Virus record (IMG/VR): IMGVR_UViG_3300046694_000296
Location: 1 to 64,000 of that record
Length of the DNA stretch: 64,000 nucleotides
Strand: one strand, 5' to 3'
The notes under the pieces are model-generated. The model worked only from the letters and a program-made list of their open reading frames with translations, had not been told where the DNA came from and made no database searches. The position numbers and the translations under genes were made by a program. Positions 50,786-60,381 of the stretch are shown piece by piece (position 1 is the first letter of the stretch; every line of letters begins with the position of its first letter).

Positions 50786-51826
50786 ATGTCTACTCAAGCT
50801 CTGATGGAACTGCTGCAAAAGCGCAAGGCTGCAACCGGTGGTCAAAAGACGATCAAGCCGAAGGCTGGTCGCAACCGTTACCGCATCCTCCCGGGATGGC
50901 GCACGAACGGTGACCCGACGTTCTTCCATGACTTCGGCCAGCACTTCATCAAGGACGCGGCGGGGCAGGTGAAGGCGGTCTACATTTGCGCGGACAAGAC
51001 CTTCGGTCGTCCGTGCGAGGTGTGCGATGCGGTCGCGCAGGGCATCCAGATGTCCACCGACGACGTGCAGAAGAAGCGCGTCGAGGAAGCGAAGTCGAGC
51101 GGCCGCGTGCTGCTCAACGTCCTCGAGCTCGACGGCACGCAGCCGACGGTGCCGCAGATTCTCGAAGTCGCGCCGACGGTGTTCAACGGCAAGAAGGGCG
51201 TGGGCGGCATCATCGCGCTGTTCGACGAATGGCCCAACATGCTCGACCCGAACACCGGCAACGACATCATCGTCGAAAAGTCGGGCGCGGGCCTCGACAC
51301 GGCCTACAGCGTGCAGATCGCGGGTGCCTCGAAGCCGGTTCCGGCCGAAGCGCTCACGAAGCTGAACGATCTCGACGCCTACGTGATGCAGGAAAACGCG
51401 CAAGCGCAGCAGCGCGCTCTCGCCTCGGTGCGTCAGGTCGCGGGCCTCCCGGCCCCGACGCAGACCTACCAGCCGGCCGCAGCACTCCCGGCAGGTGCGT
51501 CGAACGTCTACACCGCGCAGGGGGCGACACCGTGGGAAGCCGACGAGACGCTCGACATCGGCACGCTCGCGAACCCGGCAGTGGCCGCAGCAGTTGCGAC
51601 GCCCGCTCAGCCGGTCGCAGCAGCGCCGGTGCAGCCCGCAACTGCCGAAGTGGCAGCGGCGGTCGCAGCGGTCGCCACGCAGGTTGCGCAGCCGGTGGCA
51701 GTCGCACAGCCCGCAGTCGCGACGCCTGCACCCGCAGCAGTGGCCCAGCCCGCAGTTGCAGCAGCCCCGGCTGCCGCAGCAGGCACGGGCGACCCGGAGC
51801 TCGACGCTCTGCTCGCGGGCCTGTAA
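50786..51826 (+). CDS. gp32-like single-stranded DNA-binding protein
   Basis: 'G.N.YRILP', 'HF....C....G..CEVC', 'DP..GND..V.K.G.GL.T.Y'; Ala/Pro linker and acidic tail DPELDALLAGL. Confidence 0.78.
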   Translation: MSTQALMELLQKRKAATGGQKTIKPKAGRNRYRILPGWRTNGDPTFFHDFGQHFIKDAAGQVKAVYICADKTFGRPCEVCDAVAQGIQMSTDDVQKKRVEEAKSSGRVLLNVLELDGTQPTVPQILEVAPTVFNGKKGVGGIIALFDEWPNMLDPNTGNDIIVEKSGAGLDTAYSVQIAGASKPVPAEALTKLNDLDAYVMQENAQAQQRALASVRQVAGLPAPTQTYQPAAALPAGASNVYTAQGATPWEADETLDIGTLANPAVAAAVATPAQPVAAAPVQPATAEVAAAVAAVATQVAQPVAVAQPAVATPAPAAVAQPAVAAAPAAAAGTGDPELDALLAGL

Positions 51827-51847
51827 TCGAAGCCTGATGTAACGACC

Positions 51848-51878
51848 AGCGGCGGGGCTCACACCTCGCCGCTTCTCA
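51848..51878 (+). terminator. Hairpin/terminator after SSB
   Basis: AGCGGCGGGG-CTCACA-CCTCGCCGCT then TCTCA. Confidence 0.5.
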
Positions 51879-51894
51879 TTGAGAGGTTTCGATA

Positions 51895-52833
51895 GTGGCA
51901 AACACATTCCTTGTTGACGCGAACTCCATCGGTCGCGCATCGCATTCCGGCACCGTGCTCACGGTCGGCAAGTTCCAGACGCAGGCGGTCTTCGGGTTTG
52001 TGCGCTCAATGGGCGCGCTGTATCGCGACTATCCGGCGTTCGAAAAGTCATTCGTGCTGTGGGACGGACGCGCGGACTTTCGTTACGCGATCCACCCCGG
52101 CTACAAGGGCAAGCGCAAAGACGCGCTGGTCGATCCGGTAAAGGCTGCTGAGCGCGCGGCATACGACGCACAAGTGCCCTTCATCAAGAAGGCGCTCGAT
52201 CTGTTGGGCGTGCCACAGATGGTGAACGCCGAGCGCGAAGCAGACGACCTCGGGGGCTTTCTCGTGCCGCGCTTGACGAAAACGGGGAAGGTGCTGCTAG
52301 TCACGGGCGACACCGACTGGTGGCAGCTCGTCGGCCCGAACTGCGATTGGTTCGATCCTCGCAAAGCGGGCATGTATGTGTCGCTCGAAGACTTCTTCCA
52401 GAAGACCGGCTACTTCACCCCGGACGAATACATCGAGGGCAAGGCGCTGATCGGGGATACGACCGACGACATTCCGCCGGCCGGCGGCATCGGTAAGAAG
52501 GGCGCACCGGAGTTCATGGCGCAGTTTCGCTCGATGCAGAAGTTCCGCGACATGTGCGACGCGGGCGAATTTCAGCCGAAGCTCAAGAAGCACGTCGAGC
52601 TGTGGAAGGGCGAGAGCCGCCGCAACTGGGACAGGAACATGCAGCTCATGGACCTGCGCAACGCGCCCGCACCGGACCCGGCGAAGACCACGATCACGCA
52701 GGGCACGCTCAACGAGGATGGGTTTCGCGCGCTGTGTGAGCGCCTCGCATTTCGGTCGATTCTCGCGCAATGGGATCACTTCATGACCCCGTTTCGCCAA
52801 CGTTACCAGGCGCGTCTCGCGCGCGCCGCTTGA
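51895..52833 (+). CDS. 5'-3' exonuclease / flap endonuclease (T4 RNase H-like)
   Basis: 'LVDANS', 'YKGKR', 'EADD', 'TGDTDW.QL', 'GDTTDDIP..GGIGKK'. Confidence 0.92.
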   Translation: MANTFLVDANSIGRASHSGTVLTVGKFQTQAVFGFVRSMGALYRDYPAFEKSFVLWDGRADFRYAIHPGYKGKRKDALVDPVKAAERAAYDAQVPFIKKALDLLGVPQMVNAEREADDLGGFLVPRLTKTGKVLLVTGDTDWWQLVGPNCDWFDPRKAGMYVSLEDFFQKTGYFTPDEYIEGKALIGDTTDDIPPAGGIGKKGAPEFMAQFRSMQKFRDMCDAGEFQPKLKKHVELWKGESRRNWDRNMQLMDLRNAPAPDPAKTTITQGTLNEDGFRALCERLAFRSILAQWDHFMTPFRQRYQARLARAA

Positions 52834-52845
52834 AGGACAAAGAAC

Positions 52846-53100
52846 ATGGACGACATTGTGATTGAAAAGCACGTCCCGCCGCCGAAGGCAGGACACGGTT
52901 CATGGGGCAGCGTGCTCGCCCGCATGGAGGTCAACGACTCGTTTGTCGCTGACGACGAGAAGGCAGCGCGCGGGGCGATTCGCACCGCGGCCGCGCGCCT
53001 GAACATCGCCCTGACGATCCGCAAGGAAGTGGACGCAGACGGGAAACTTATCGAAGGAAAAATGCGCGTGTGGCGCATCGAAAAGGAGCAAGCAGAATGA
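52846..53100 (+). CDS. Small putative DNA-binding protein
   Basis: 'IEK.VP.P......W...L..MEV.DSF......RVWR' motif. Confidence 0.65.
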   Translation: MDDIVIEKHVPPPKAGHGSWGSVLARMEVNDSFVADDEKAARGAIRTAAARLNIALTIRKEVDADGKLIEGKMRVWRIEKEQAE

Positions 53101-54155
53101 GCATCGCAGACGATCTGGCAAAAGCAATCATGGGTGCAGTGGGTGAGTCCGACGCCGAGCTCGAGGTTCCCGGCTACATCGACACCGGCTACGAGCCGCT
53201 CAACGAGATCCTCTCGGGCGACCCGAAGAACGGCGGCATCGCGATGGGTCGCATCTTCGAAATCTTCGGCCCGTCATCGTCGGGCAAGACGTGGCTTGCC
53301 ACGCAGCTCATGAAGCAGGCGCAGGTGATGGGCGGCATCGCGCTGTTCATGGACCACGAACTGACCTTCCAGCAGCCGTTCGCTGAGAAGTCGGGCCTCA
53401 CGACGGAGTTCCCGTGGTTCATCTACAAGCGCCCCGATACGTGGGAAGCCTCGAACACGATGGCTCTGCAAGCGGCCGACGCGATTCGCAAGAGCAAGAA
53501 GCTCGATCCGCTGGCGCCCATCGTAGTCGTGTTCGATTCGGTCGCCGCGATGATCCCGCAGTCCGTGTTCGAGAAGGGCATCACGGACTACAACATGAAC
53601 GACACGACGGCGCTCGCTCGCGTGTCCTCGACGACGCTCAAGTCCATCAACCAGCAGTCGGCGAAGATGAATGTGACGATCGTCTACCTGAACCAGATCC
53701 GCACGAAGCCGGGCGTGGTCTACGGTGACCCGACGACGACCCCGGGCGGCTCGGCGTTCGAGTTCTATGCCACCGGCCGTCTCGCGTTGGGCAAGAAGTT
53801 CATCAAGGCGAAGGTCAACGGCAAGGACGAGATCGTCGGACAGCTGATGGGCATCGAGACGAAGAAGAACAAGCTGGCTCGCCCGCGTCAAGAGGTCGAT
53901 CTGCGCCTGCAGTTCCTCGACGATGGCATGACGACCGTGAACCTGACGCTCTCGCTGCTCGACCACGCGGTCGCCGTGGGCAAGCTGAAGAAGCTCTCCA
54001 CGGGCCGCATCGAGTGGATCAACGGGTCGAGCTACCCGCCGGGCCAGCTCGCGGACATGATCGACAAGGGCGGCCTGAAGACGGCGCTCCTGCACGTCAT
54101 CTACCCGAACCACTACCCGGCGCCCGCAGTCGCCCCGGTCGCGGCAGCAGCCTAA
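53097..54155 (+). CDS. recA: RecA/UvsX-like recombinase
   Basis: 'GRIFEIFGPSSSGKT', 'VFDSVAAM', 'NQIR.K.GV.YGDP.TTPGG', 'KNK'. Confidence 0.93.
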   Translation: MSIADDLAKAIMGAVGESDAELEVPGYIDTGYEPLNEILSGDPKNGGIAMGRIFEIFGPSSSGKTWLATQLMKQAQVMGGIALFMDHELTFQQPFAEKSGLTTEFPWFIYKRPDTWEASNTMALQAADAIRKSKKLDPLAPIVVVFDSVAAMIPQSVFEKGITDYNMNDTTALARVSSTTLKSINQQSAKMNVTIVYLNQIRTKPGVVYGDPTTTPGGSAFEFYATGRLALGKKFIKAKVNGKDEIVGQLMGIETKKNKLARPRQEVDLRLQFLDDGMTTVNLTLSLLDHAVAVGKLKKLSTGRIEWINGSSYPPGQLADMIDKGGLKTALLHVIYPNHYPAPAVAPVAAAA

Positions 54156-54208
54156 CCCATCCCGCTCCCTATACTCGAAAGCAGGTCAATCGAGATAGGG
54201 AGCGCGCG

Positions 54209-54568
54209 ATGGAACAACACGTAATCGAATTTGCGCCGCCGGCCGAAGGGCTCGACGGCGTTTCTGTTTTCAACACCTTTCGCCTCGGGCGAGTGTGGCA
54301 CGAACGTCTGAAAGAGGGCGACGAGGTGTTCCTCATGTGGGCGAAGAAGATGCAGGTGTTCGGGCGCGCGACGGTCGGCCCGGTGCACAAGGGCAAGCTC
54401 AGGGAGCTCGCCGAAGCGCACGCGCGGTTCAACCACAACCAGACAGCGAACCCCGACACGGCGGGCGCTGCGGATCGTCTGATCGCCAACATGACGAAGC
54501 GCTATGGGCCACACATGGTTCACGACAATAAGCTTTCGACAGTCATTTATTTGCAGAGGATCGAATGA
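54209..54568 (+). CDS. ASCH/PUA-like domain protein (tentative)
   Basis: 'NTFRLG..W...LKEGDEV.L......FGRA.V..V' resembles ASCH pattern. Confidence 0.5.
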   Translation: MEQHVIEFAPPAEGLDGVSVFNTFRLGRVWHERLKEGDEVFLMWAKKMQVFGRATVGPVHKGKLRELAEAHARFNHNQTANPDTAGAADRLIANMTKRYGPHMVHDNKLSTVIYLQRIE

Positions 54569-54816
54569 TCGACATTCCAATCGAACTACCCGCGGGGTGG
54601 CGGGCATCGCGCTTTGACGACGACTGCATCATGGTCTGCGCGCCGGGCCTCGGTCGCGTCGCCGTGACCATCAACGTGAAGGAGCGCTCCTTCGTTCTGG
54701 GCGCGCTGCGTCCGCGTCGCACCGTGCTCGGCGTGGACGTCTATCGCGGGCGCGGCTGGCAGGCGCAACTCTACACGGCCGCCGTCGAAGCATTGCAGAG
54801 GTCGCTCAATGGCTGA
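54565..54816 (+). CDS. Hypothetical protein
   Basis: ATGA overlap; 'Y.GRGW..QL...AV..L' motif. Confidence 0.6.
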   Translation: MIDIPIELPAGWRASRFDDDCIMVCAPGLGRVAVTINVKERSFVLGALRPRRTVLGVDVYRGRGWQAQLYTAAVEALQRSLNG

Positions 54817-55252
54817 GCTCAAGGTCAAAGAGTGGAAGCCCTCGACCTGCGGCAAATTCCAGTGCGCCAAGGTCAAGAAGGGCCACAGCCTCTACGGCGA
54901 GATCCGCAAGTATCCGAACGGCATGTCGATCTACTGGGCCTTTCGCAAGCCCGACGAGGTGTTCGTGGAGCTCGACGCCTGGGCGGTGGATACCGAGACG
55001 ATCTCCGTCATGAAGAGCCGACGCGTCACGCACATCGGCATTCTGGTGAGCAACGGCGACCAATACCTCACGCGCATCGAGACGATGACCGACAAGGACA
55101 AGGGCGCCGTGGTCCTGAACTACAGCAAGCACAAGGGCGCTCGCGGCAAGTTCGGCGCGCGCCAGTGGTATCTGCCGCGCTCGCAGTTCGTGCAGCAACT
55201 CGCGCCGCCGGAGTCGACGCTGGAGCAGATGAAGATCAGAGGGCGCAGATAA
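54809..55252 (+). CDS. Hypothetical phage protein
   Basis: Overlapping operon position, coherent codon usage. Confidence 0.7.
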   Translation: MAELKVKEWKPSTCGKFQCAKVKKGHSLYGEIRKYPNGMSIYWAFRKPDEVFVELDAWAVDTETISVMKSRRVTHIGILVSNGDQYLTRIETMTDKDKGAVVLNYSKHKGARGKFGARQWYLPRSQFVQQLAPPESTLEQMKIRGRR

Positions 55253-55308
55253 GTAAGCCGTTACGTGTTTGCTACAATCGGTCATTCTGAAATGAGGGAA
55301 CCAACACG

Positions 55309-55716
55309 ATGATTCTAGCCAGTGCTCTGCTGTGCCTTACTTTGAACGTGTATCACGAAAGCCGGGACCAACCCATCCTCGGGCAATACGCCGTCGCCGC
55401 CGTCACCATGAACCGCGCGGGCGACGATCCGGCCAAGGTCTGCGAGGTCGTCACGCAGCCGCATCAATTCAGCTGGACGACCACTAAGCTCGCGCGCGAC
55501 CGCAAGGGCTGGCGGCTCAAGACGGCGGGCGTGCCCAAAGACGACTTCGCCTGGATGATCGCGAGCCGCATCGCCTACAACACGCTCACCGGCAAGAAGA
55601 TCGACCTCACGCGCGGCGCGACCTACTTCCACACGAAAGCCGTGCGCCCAAGCTGGCGCGAGAAGTTCATCCGGGCTGTCACCATCGGCGACCACGTTTT
55701 TTATCGCGTCACGTAA
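55309..55716 (+). CDS. Cell wall hydrolase, SleB/Hydrolase_2 family
   Basis: 'CLTLNVYHESR.Q...GQ.AVA.VT.NR', 'QFSW', 'GATYFH', 'IGDHVFY'. Confidence 0.9.
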   Translation: MILASALLCLTLNVYHESRDQPILGQYAVAAVTMNRAGDDPAKVCEVVTQPHQFSWTTTKLARDRKGWRLKTAGVPKDDFAWMIASRIAYNTLTGKKIDLTRGATYFHTKAVRPSWREKFIRAVTIGDHVFYRVT

Positions 55717-55788
55717 GCAACGGGTTACTATACTGTCACCTGTAGCGCACAAGTTTCTCACCTTTCAACCACTCAGGAGTCACACCGC

Positions 55789-56337
55789 ATGTCCATCGCC
55801 TCGTTCTTCTCGAAGCTCTTTCTGCACGCCGCCTCATGGGCGGTGCTGCTCTACGGCCTGCTCGCCCCGGCGCACGGCTACGAAAATCTCGCCGTGTTCG
55901 CGTTGGGCATGATTTCGGTCATGGGCCTCATCAGCACGATCGTCGGCGGCGGCGTCAGTTCGCTCGACGTGCCGGGCAGCTTCTTCGGCAAGCTCATGTT
56001 CCGGGCCTTCCAGATCTCGGCCGCGCTATTGGTCTTTGTCCTCGCCGAGCACGGGCACTTCGTAGCCGCCACGCTCATGACCCTCATGTGGTTCGTGCGA
56101 CAAGCCGCTTTCCGTGAAATGCGCATGCGCGAAAAAGCCTTCAAGGAGATTCTCAAGGAAGCGGCCGCCCGGTTCGACGAATTCGACGAGCAGATCCGCG
56201 CCGGGAAAGAGGTCGAGCAACCTGCATTCGGCACGAAAGCGACCACGGCCCAGGTGAAGGTCAATCCGAACGCCGCCCGTGACCCCGCCTTCGGTTATCC
56301 GTTCACCCCGAGCGACATCGCCGCGACCAGCGCGTAA
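55789..56337 (+). CDS. Membrane protein (about 4 TM)
   Basis: Hydrophobic N-terminal 100 aa; AGGAG RBS. Confidence 0.7.
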   Translation: MSIASFFSKLFLHAASWAVLLYGLLAPAHGYENLAVFALGMISVMGLISTIVGGGVSSLDVPGSFFGKLMFRAFQISAALLVFVLAEHGHFVAATLMTLMWFVRQAAFREMRMREKAFKEILKEAAARFDEFDEQIRAGKEVEQPAFGTKATTAQVKVNPNAARDPAFGYPFTPSDIAATSA

Positions 56338-56355
56338 CGCATCACCAGCAGTAGA

Positions 56356-56378
56356 AACAGGGGCCGAGTGCCCCTGTT
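56356..56378 (+). terminator. Hairpin/terminator
   Basis: AACAGGGGC-CGAGT-GCCCCTGTT. Confidence 0.5.
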
Positions 56379-56435
56379 CAGCTTCCAGAACTTCGTCATG
56401 AAAATGACGCAATCGAATTCAGAACGAGGGAAACC

Positions 56436-57500
56436 ATGCAGCCATACGGGGTGCTTTCCGATTCACATTGTCACGACTGGTCCGCATTCGCGACCGAAAA
56501 CGACGACCTGATTAATACGCGGCTCGCAGTCATCCTCGACGAGATCGAGCGGTGCGCGGCCGAAGTGCACAAGGTGGGCGGGGATACCGTCTACCACGCG
56601 GGCGACCTGTTCCACGTTCGCGGGCGCATCGCGCCGAGCGTGCTGAACCCGACGCGGGATCGCTTCGAACACATCTACCGGACCTACGGCGTGAAGTTCC
56701 GCCTGCTCCCGGGCAATCACGACCTGGAACACAAGCACAGCAATCGCGTGGGCAACGCCATCGAGGCGATGCGCAGCCAGTGGGTCGAGGTCGGCCACGA
56801 CACGCAGGTGTTCGCCGAGCACAACGTCCTGATGGTCCCGTGGGTCGAGGGTGTCGCGGATCTGAAGAAGCGCCTCGAGTTGGAGCGCGACAACCTGCTC
56901 ACGCAGGGCGAAGACCCGGCCAACTACAACCTCATCATCCATGCGCCGATCGACGGCGTGATCGAGGGCTTGCCCGACCACGGCCTCACCGGCGAGTGGC
57001 TCGCAGCGCTCGGCTTCAAGCGGGTGTTCAGCGGCCACTATCACAACCACAAGGAGATCGCGCCCGGCAAGGTGTGGTCGGTGGGTGCCACGACGCACCA
57101 GACATGGGGTGATACCGGCAGCAAAGCGGGCTTCCTGATCGTTTCGACCGAGGACGTGAAGTGGCACTGCTCGCGCGCGCCGCACTTCGTGGACATCGAA
57201 GCGGGCATGGACCCGAGCGAAGTCGCGCTGCGCTGCGACGGCAACTACATTCGCGTCAAGGTCAGCAACGCGAAGCCTTCCGAGGTCAGCGCGATCCGCG
57301 ATGGTCTGATGAAACACGGCGCGCTCGGCGTGAACGTGAACGTGGTGAAGGTGCCGACGACGGGCCGCGCATCGACGAGCACAGTGAAAGCGGGCGCATC
57401 GGTCGAGGTGCAGGTGACGGATTACATCAAAGCGGCGGGCTTCGAGCACGCCGATCTGGTCGCGCAGGGCGCGATCAGTGTTCTCGCGGAGGCAGTGTAA
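56436..57500 (+). CDS. SbcD/Mre11-like nuclease (gp47-like)
   Basis: SDSH, GDLFH, GNHD, GHYH metallophosphoesterase motifs. Confidence 0.92.
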   Translation: MQPYGVLSDSHCHDWSAFATENDDLINTRLAVILDEIERCAAEVHKVGGDTVYHAGDLFHVRGRIAPSVLNPTRDRFEHIYRTYGVKFRLLPGNHDLEHKHSNRVGNAIEAMRSQWVEVGHDTQVFAEHNVLMVPWVEGVADLKKRLELERDNLLTQGEDPANYNLIIHAPIDGVIEGLPDHGLTGEWLAALGFKRVFSGHYHNHKEIAPGKVWSVGATTHQTWGDTGSKAGFLIVSTEDVKWHCSRAPHFVDIEAGMDPSEVALRCDGNYIRVKVSNAKPSEVSAIRDGLMKHGALGVNVNVVKVPTTGRASTSTVKAGASVEVQVTDYIKAAGFEHADLVAQGAISVLAEAV

Positions 57501-59462
57501 ATGGAAATTCTCAAACTTCGGGCAGTCAACTTCCTGACGCTCGGCGACTCGGGCGACCTGTTGCTCAAGGACCGCGGGCTCGTCCTCATTCAGGGCGTGA
57601 ACAAGGACGACACATCAACCGAATCGAACGGTGCGGGCAAGAGCTCCATCGCCGACGCACTGTGCTGGGCGCTCTTTGGCGCGACCGCGCGCGAAGAGTC
57701 CGGTGATTCGGTCATCAATGAGAAGGCGAAGAAGGGCACCTACGTGTCCGTCGTCGTGCAGGACGGCGAGACGATCTACGACATTCGTCGCCACCGCAAG
57801 GACAAGCAGTTCAAGAACGCGACCACAATCACGCGCTGGAACCCGGCCGTCGAGTATCAGAACGGCGCGCAGGGCGAGCGCATCGAGAAGGGCACCGAGA
57901 AAGAGATCCAGCTCCAGATCAACGAGATCGTCGGCTGCAACTACGACGTGTTCAAGTCGGCGATCTACGCGGGCCAGGAGGACATGCCCGACCTGCCGAA
58001 AATGACCGACAAGCCGCTCAAGATGCTGATCGAGAAGGCGTCGGGCATCGAGCGGCTCGAATCGGCCTACAACATCGCGAACCGCAAGCACGACGAGGCG
58101 AAGGCGGCGGTCGAGTCGGTCAACACGAAGATGGGGCTCTTGGAGAACCAGATCGTCAACTGGAAGGTGTCGGTTGCGCAGCTGGAGACGCAGCACGCAC
58201 AGTTCGAGGCCGCGCGCCCGAGCGTGCAACAGCAGTTCCTCGACCAGGCTGCGGCTGCCGCCGATGCGCTCAAGAAGAACTTCGCCGCCTATCAGGGACT
58301 CAACGAGGCCGCAGCAGCGAAGGAACGCGACGAGTTGCAAGCGATCCTCGCAGATCACCGCAAGTTCACCGACCAGCGCGACCAGCTGCTCAAGGCAGAG
58401 CATGCGGCGTCGCGTGCGTATCACGCCCGGAAGGGCGACTTCGAGCGCGCCCGCGCGCAAGTGTTGGCAGCGGTCGAAGCGGTGAAGAACGCGCCGGCTG
58501 CGATGGAAAAGCCCTGCACCGAGTGCGGCAAGCCCCACACCGCCGAAGAGAAGGACGAGTTCGTCGCGCACCAGACCAAGCGCGCGAAGGAGCTGAGTGT
58601 CACCGCCGGTCAGATCCAGACCGAGGTGACGGAGCTGCAGAACGTCGCGGCCGCCGCCGGGAAAGAGCTCGAAGAGTTTACGGCGACGATCCCTGACGTG
58701 TCGGCGACCAGCACCCGGCTCGCGCAGGTGCAGCAGACACTCACCGCGTGCCAGCAGTTGAAGAACGTGATCCAGCGTCAGAAGGCCGACCACGATCGTC
58801 TGAAGGAAGAAGGGCAGAAGGCGCTCGTCGCGGTCAACCCGCACCAGTCGGCGATCGACATGGGCCGGGAGAACGTCGGCAAATGCGAGCAGGCGATCGA
58901 CAAGCTGAAAGCCGACGCGGCCGAGCGCATCAAGGCGGCCGAGGTTGCCGCGAGCGTCGCGAAGGTGTTCAGCCCCGGTGGCGTGCGCGCGCAGATTCTT
59001 GATACGGTGACGCCGTTCCTGAACGACCGCACGAGCGACTACCTCTCCGCGCTCTCGGACGGGAACATCAGCGCCGTCTGGTCGACGCTCACGACGACCA
59101 CGAAGGGCGAGCTCCGCGAGAAGTTCAACATTGAAGTCGAGAACGCCACGGGCGCAAAGTCGTTCGGTGGTCTGTCGGGCGGGGAAAAGCGCAAGGTGCG
59201 GCTCGCGACGATGCTCGCGCTGCAAGACTTGGTTGCCTCGCGCGCGACGAAGCCGCTCTCCCTCTGGGTGGGCGACGAGATCGACGATGCGCTGGACGCA
59301 GCGGGCCTCGAGCGCCTCATGACCGTGCTGGAGCAGAAGGCGCGCGAGAAGGGCACCGTGCTCATCATCAGCCACGAGTCGCTGTCCGATTGGTGTGACC
59401 AAATCGCCACCGTCACGAAGGAGGGCGGGCAATCGACGGTCAGCGGGGCGCTGTCGGCATGA
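57501..59462 (+). CDS. SbcC/Rad50-like ATPase (gp46-like)
   Basis: NGAGKSS, CTEC zinc hook in coiled coil, LSGGE, 'DEIDDALD', 'IISH'. Confidence 0.93.
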   Translation: MEILKLRAVNFLTLGDSGDLLLKDRGLVLIQGVNKDDTSTESNGAGKSSIADALCWALFGATAREESGDSVINEKAKKGTYVSVVVQDGETIYDIRRHRKDKQFKNATTITRWNPAVEYQNGAQGERIEKGTEKEIQLQINEIVGCNYDVFKSAIYAGQEDMPDLPKMTDKPLKMLIEKASGIERLESAYNIANRKHDEAKAAVESVNTKMGLLENQIVNWKVSVAQLETQHAQFEAARPSVQQQFLDQAAAAADALKKNFAAYQGLNEAAAAKERDELQAILADHRKFTDQRDQLLKAEHAASRAYHARKGDFERARAQVLAAVEAVKNAPAAMEKPCTECGKPHTAEEKDEFVAHQTKRAKELSVTAGQIQTEVTELQNVAAAAGKELEEFTATIPDVSATSTRLAQVQQTLTACQQLKNVIQRQKADHDRLKEEGQKALVAVNPHQSAIDMGRENVGKCEQAIDKLKADAAERIKAAEVAASVAKVFSPGGVRAQILDTVTPFLNDRTSDYLSALSDGNISAVWSTLTTTTKGELREKFNIEVENATGAKSFGGLSGGEKRKVRLATMLALQDLVASRATKPLSLWVGDEIDDALDAAGLERLMTVLEQKAREKGTVLIISHESLSDWCDQIATVTKEGGQSTVSGALSA

Positions 59463-60370
59463 ACGCAAAGATCGCGGCGGGTCTGAAAGCCCGCCAGTTC
59501 AGCAACCGCGACGAGCTCATCTGGACCCCGCCCTCGAAGCCGCAGACCGTGGAGGAGTTCCAGAAGGAGTATATGACCGTGATCTCCACCCCGCGGCAGT
59601 TGGGCAAGAGCCACTTCGACGAGGAGTTCAAGAAGTTCGCCGTCGAGCAGATTGAGAAAGCGACGAGCAAGGCGCTCACGGGCGCGACGCTCACCGCGAG
59701 CACGATCACTGTGCCTCCGGTCACGCTCACCGCGGAGGAGCTCAAGAAGCAGTATGAAGAGTTGCGCAAGCTCGCGATGTCCGGATCGCCGGCACCGTGG
59801 GCGCCACCGCCCGCAACCGGCGGCGGGCTGCTTCGCCAGCCGACCGTGTTGGGCGCCGCGCCCGCACCGAAGAAGCCGGGCGTGCTCGACAGCCTTGTTA
59901 CGAGCGCCACCGAGTTCACACGATTTCAGGAGAAAAACCAGATGACAGATGCAGAGAAGGAAGCGGCGAAAGCAGTCGCCGCAGCGATCAACGGGCTGCT
60001 CACGCCGTCGGGTGCGGGTCCGTTCAAGCTCACCGGCCCGGCGCAATTGACGATCAAGACGCGGCAGGGCCAATACAAGAAGAAGGCGTTCATGGGCGAT
60101 GAGGAGATACGCCTCACGACGAGCTATGCAGGCTCGCGCGACGGCGTGATCTGCGTGTTCAAAAACACCGTGCCCGTCGAATACGCCGCGATCGAGATTC
60201 CGCTGATGGAAGCGCGCGAGCTTCTGTCGGGCTTTTCGAAATACGTCGATTCGCTCAACATTGCGGACATGGACAACATCGTCGCGGGCATCGAGCAGAA
60301 CATCGCGCAGGCGGTCGCCGTCGAGCGCGAAGAGGCAATGGCTGTATCCCCCGAGTTTGGTAGCTGGTAA
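59459..60370 (+). CDS. Hypothetical protein with C-terminal SPEFGSW
   Basis: ATGA overlap; possible internal restart at Met 59942 after AGGAG. Confidence 0.65.
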   Translation: MNAKIAAGLKARQFSNRDELIWTPPSKPQTVEEFQKEYMTVISTPRQLGKSHFDEEFKKFAVEQIEKATSKALTGATLTASTITVPPVTLTAEELKKQYEELRKLAMSGSPAPWAPPPATGGGLLRQPTVLGAAPAPKKPGVLDSLVTSATEFTRFQEKNQMTDAEKEAAKAVAAAINGLLTPSGAGPFKLTGPAQLTIKTRQGQYKKKAFMGDEEIRLTTSYAGSRDGVICVFKNTVPVEYAAIEIPLMEARELLSGFSKYVDSLNIADMDNIVAGIEQNIAQAVAVEREEAMAVSPEFGSW

Positions 60371-60381
60371 AGGAAAAGAAC

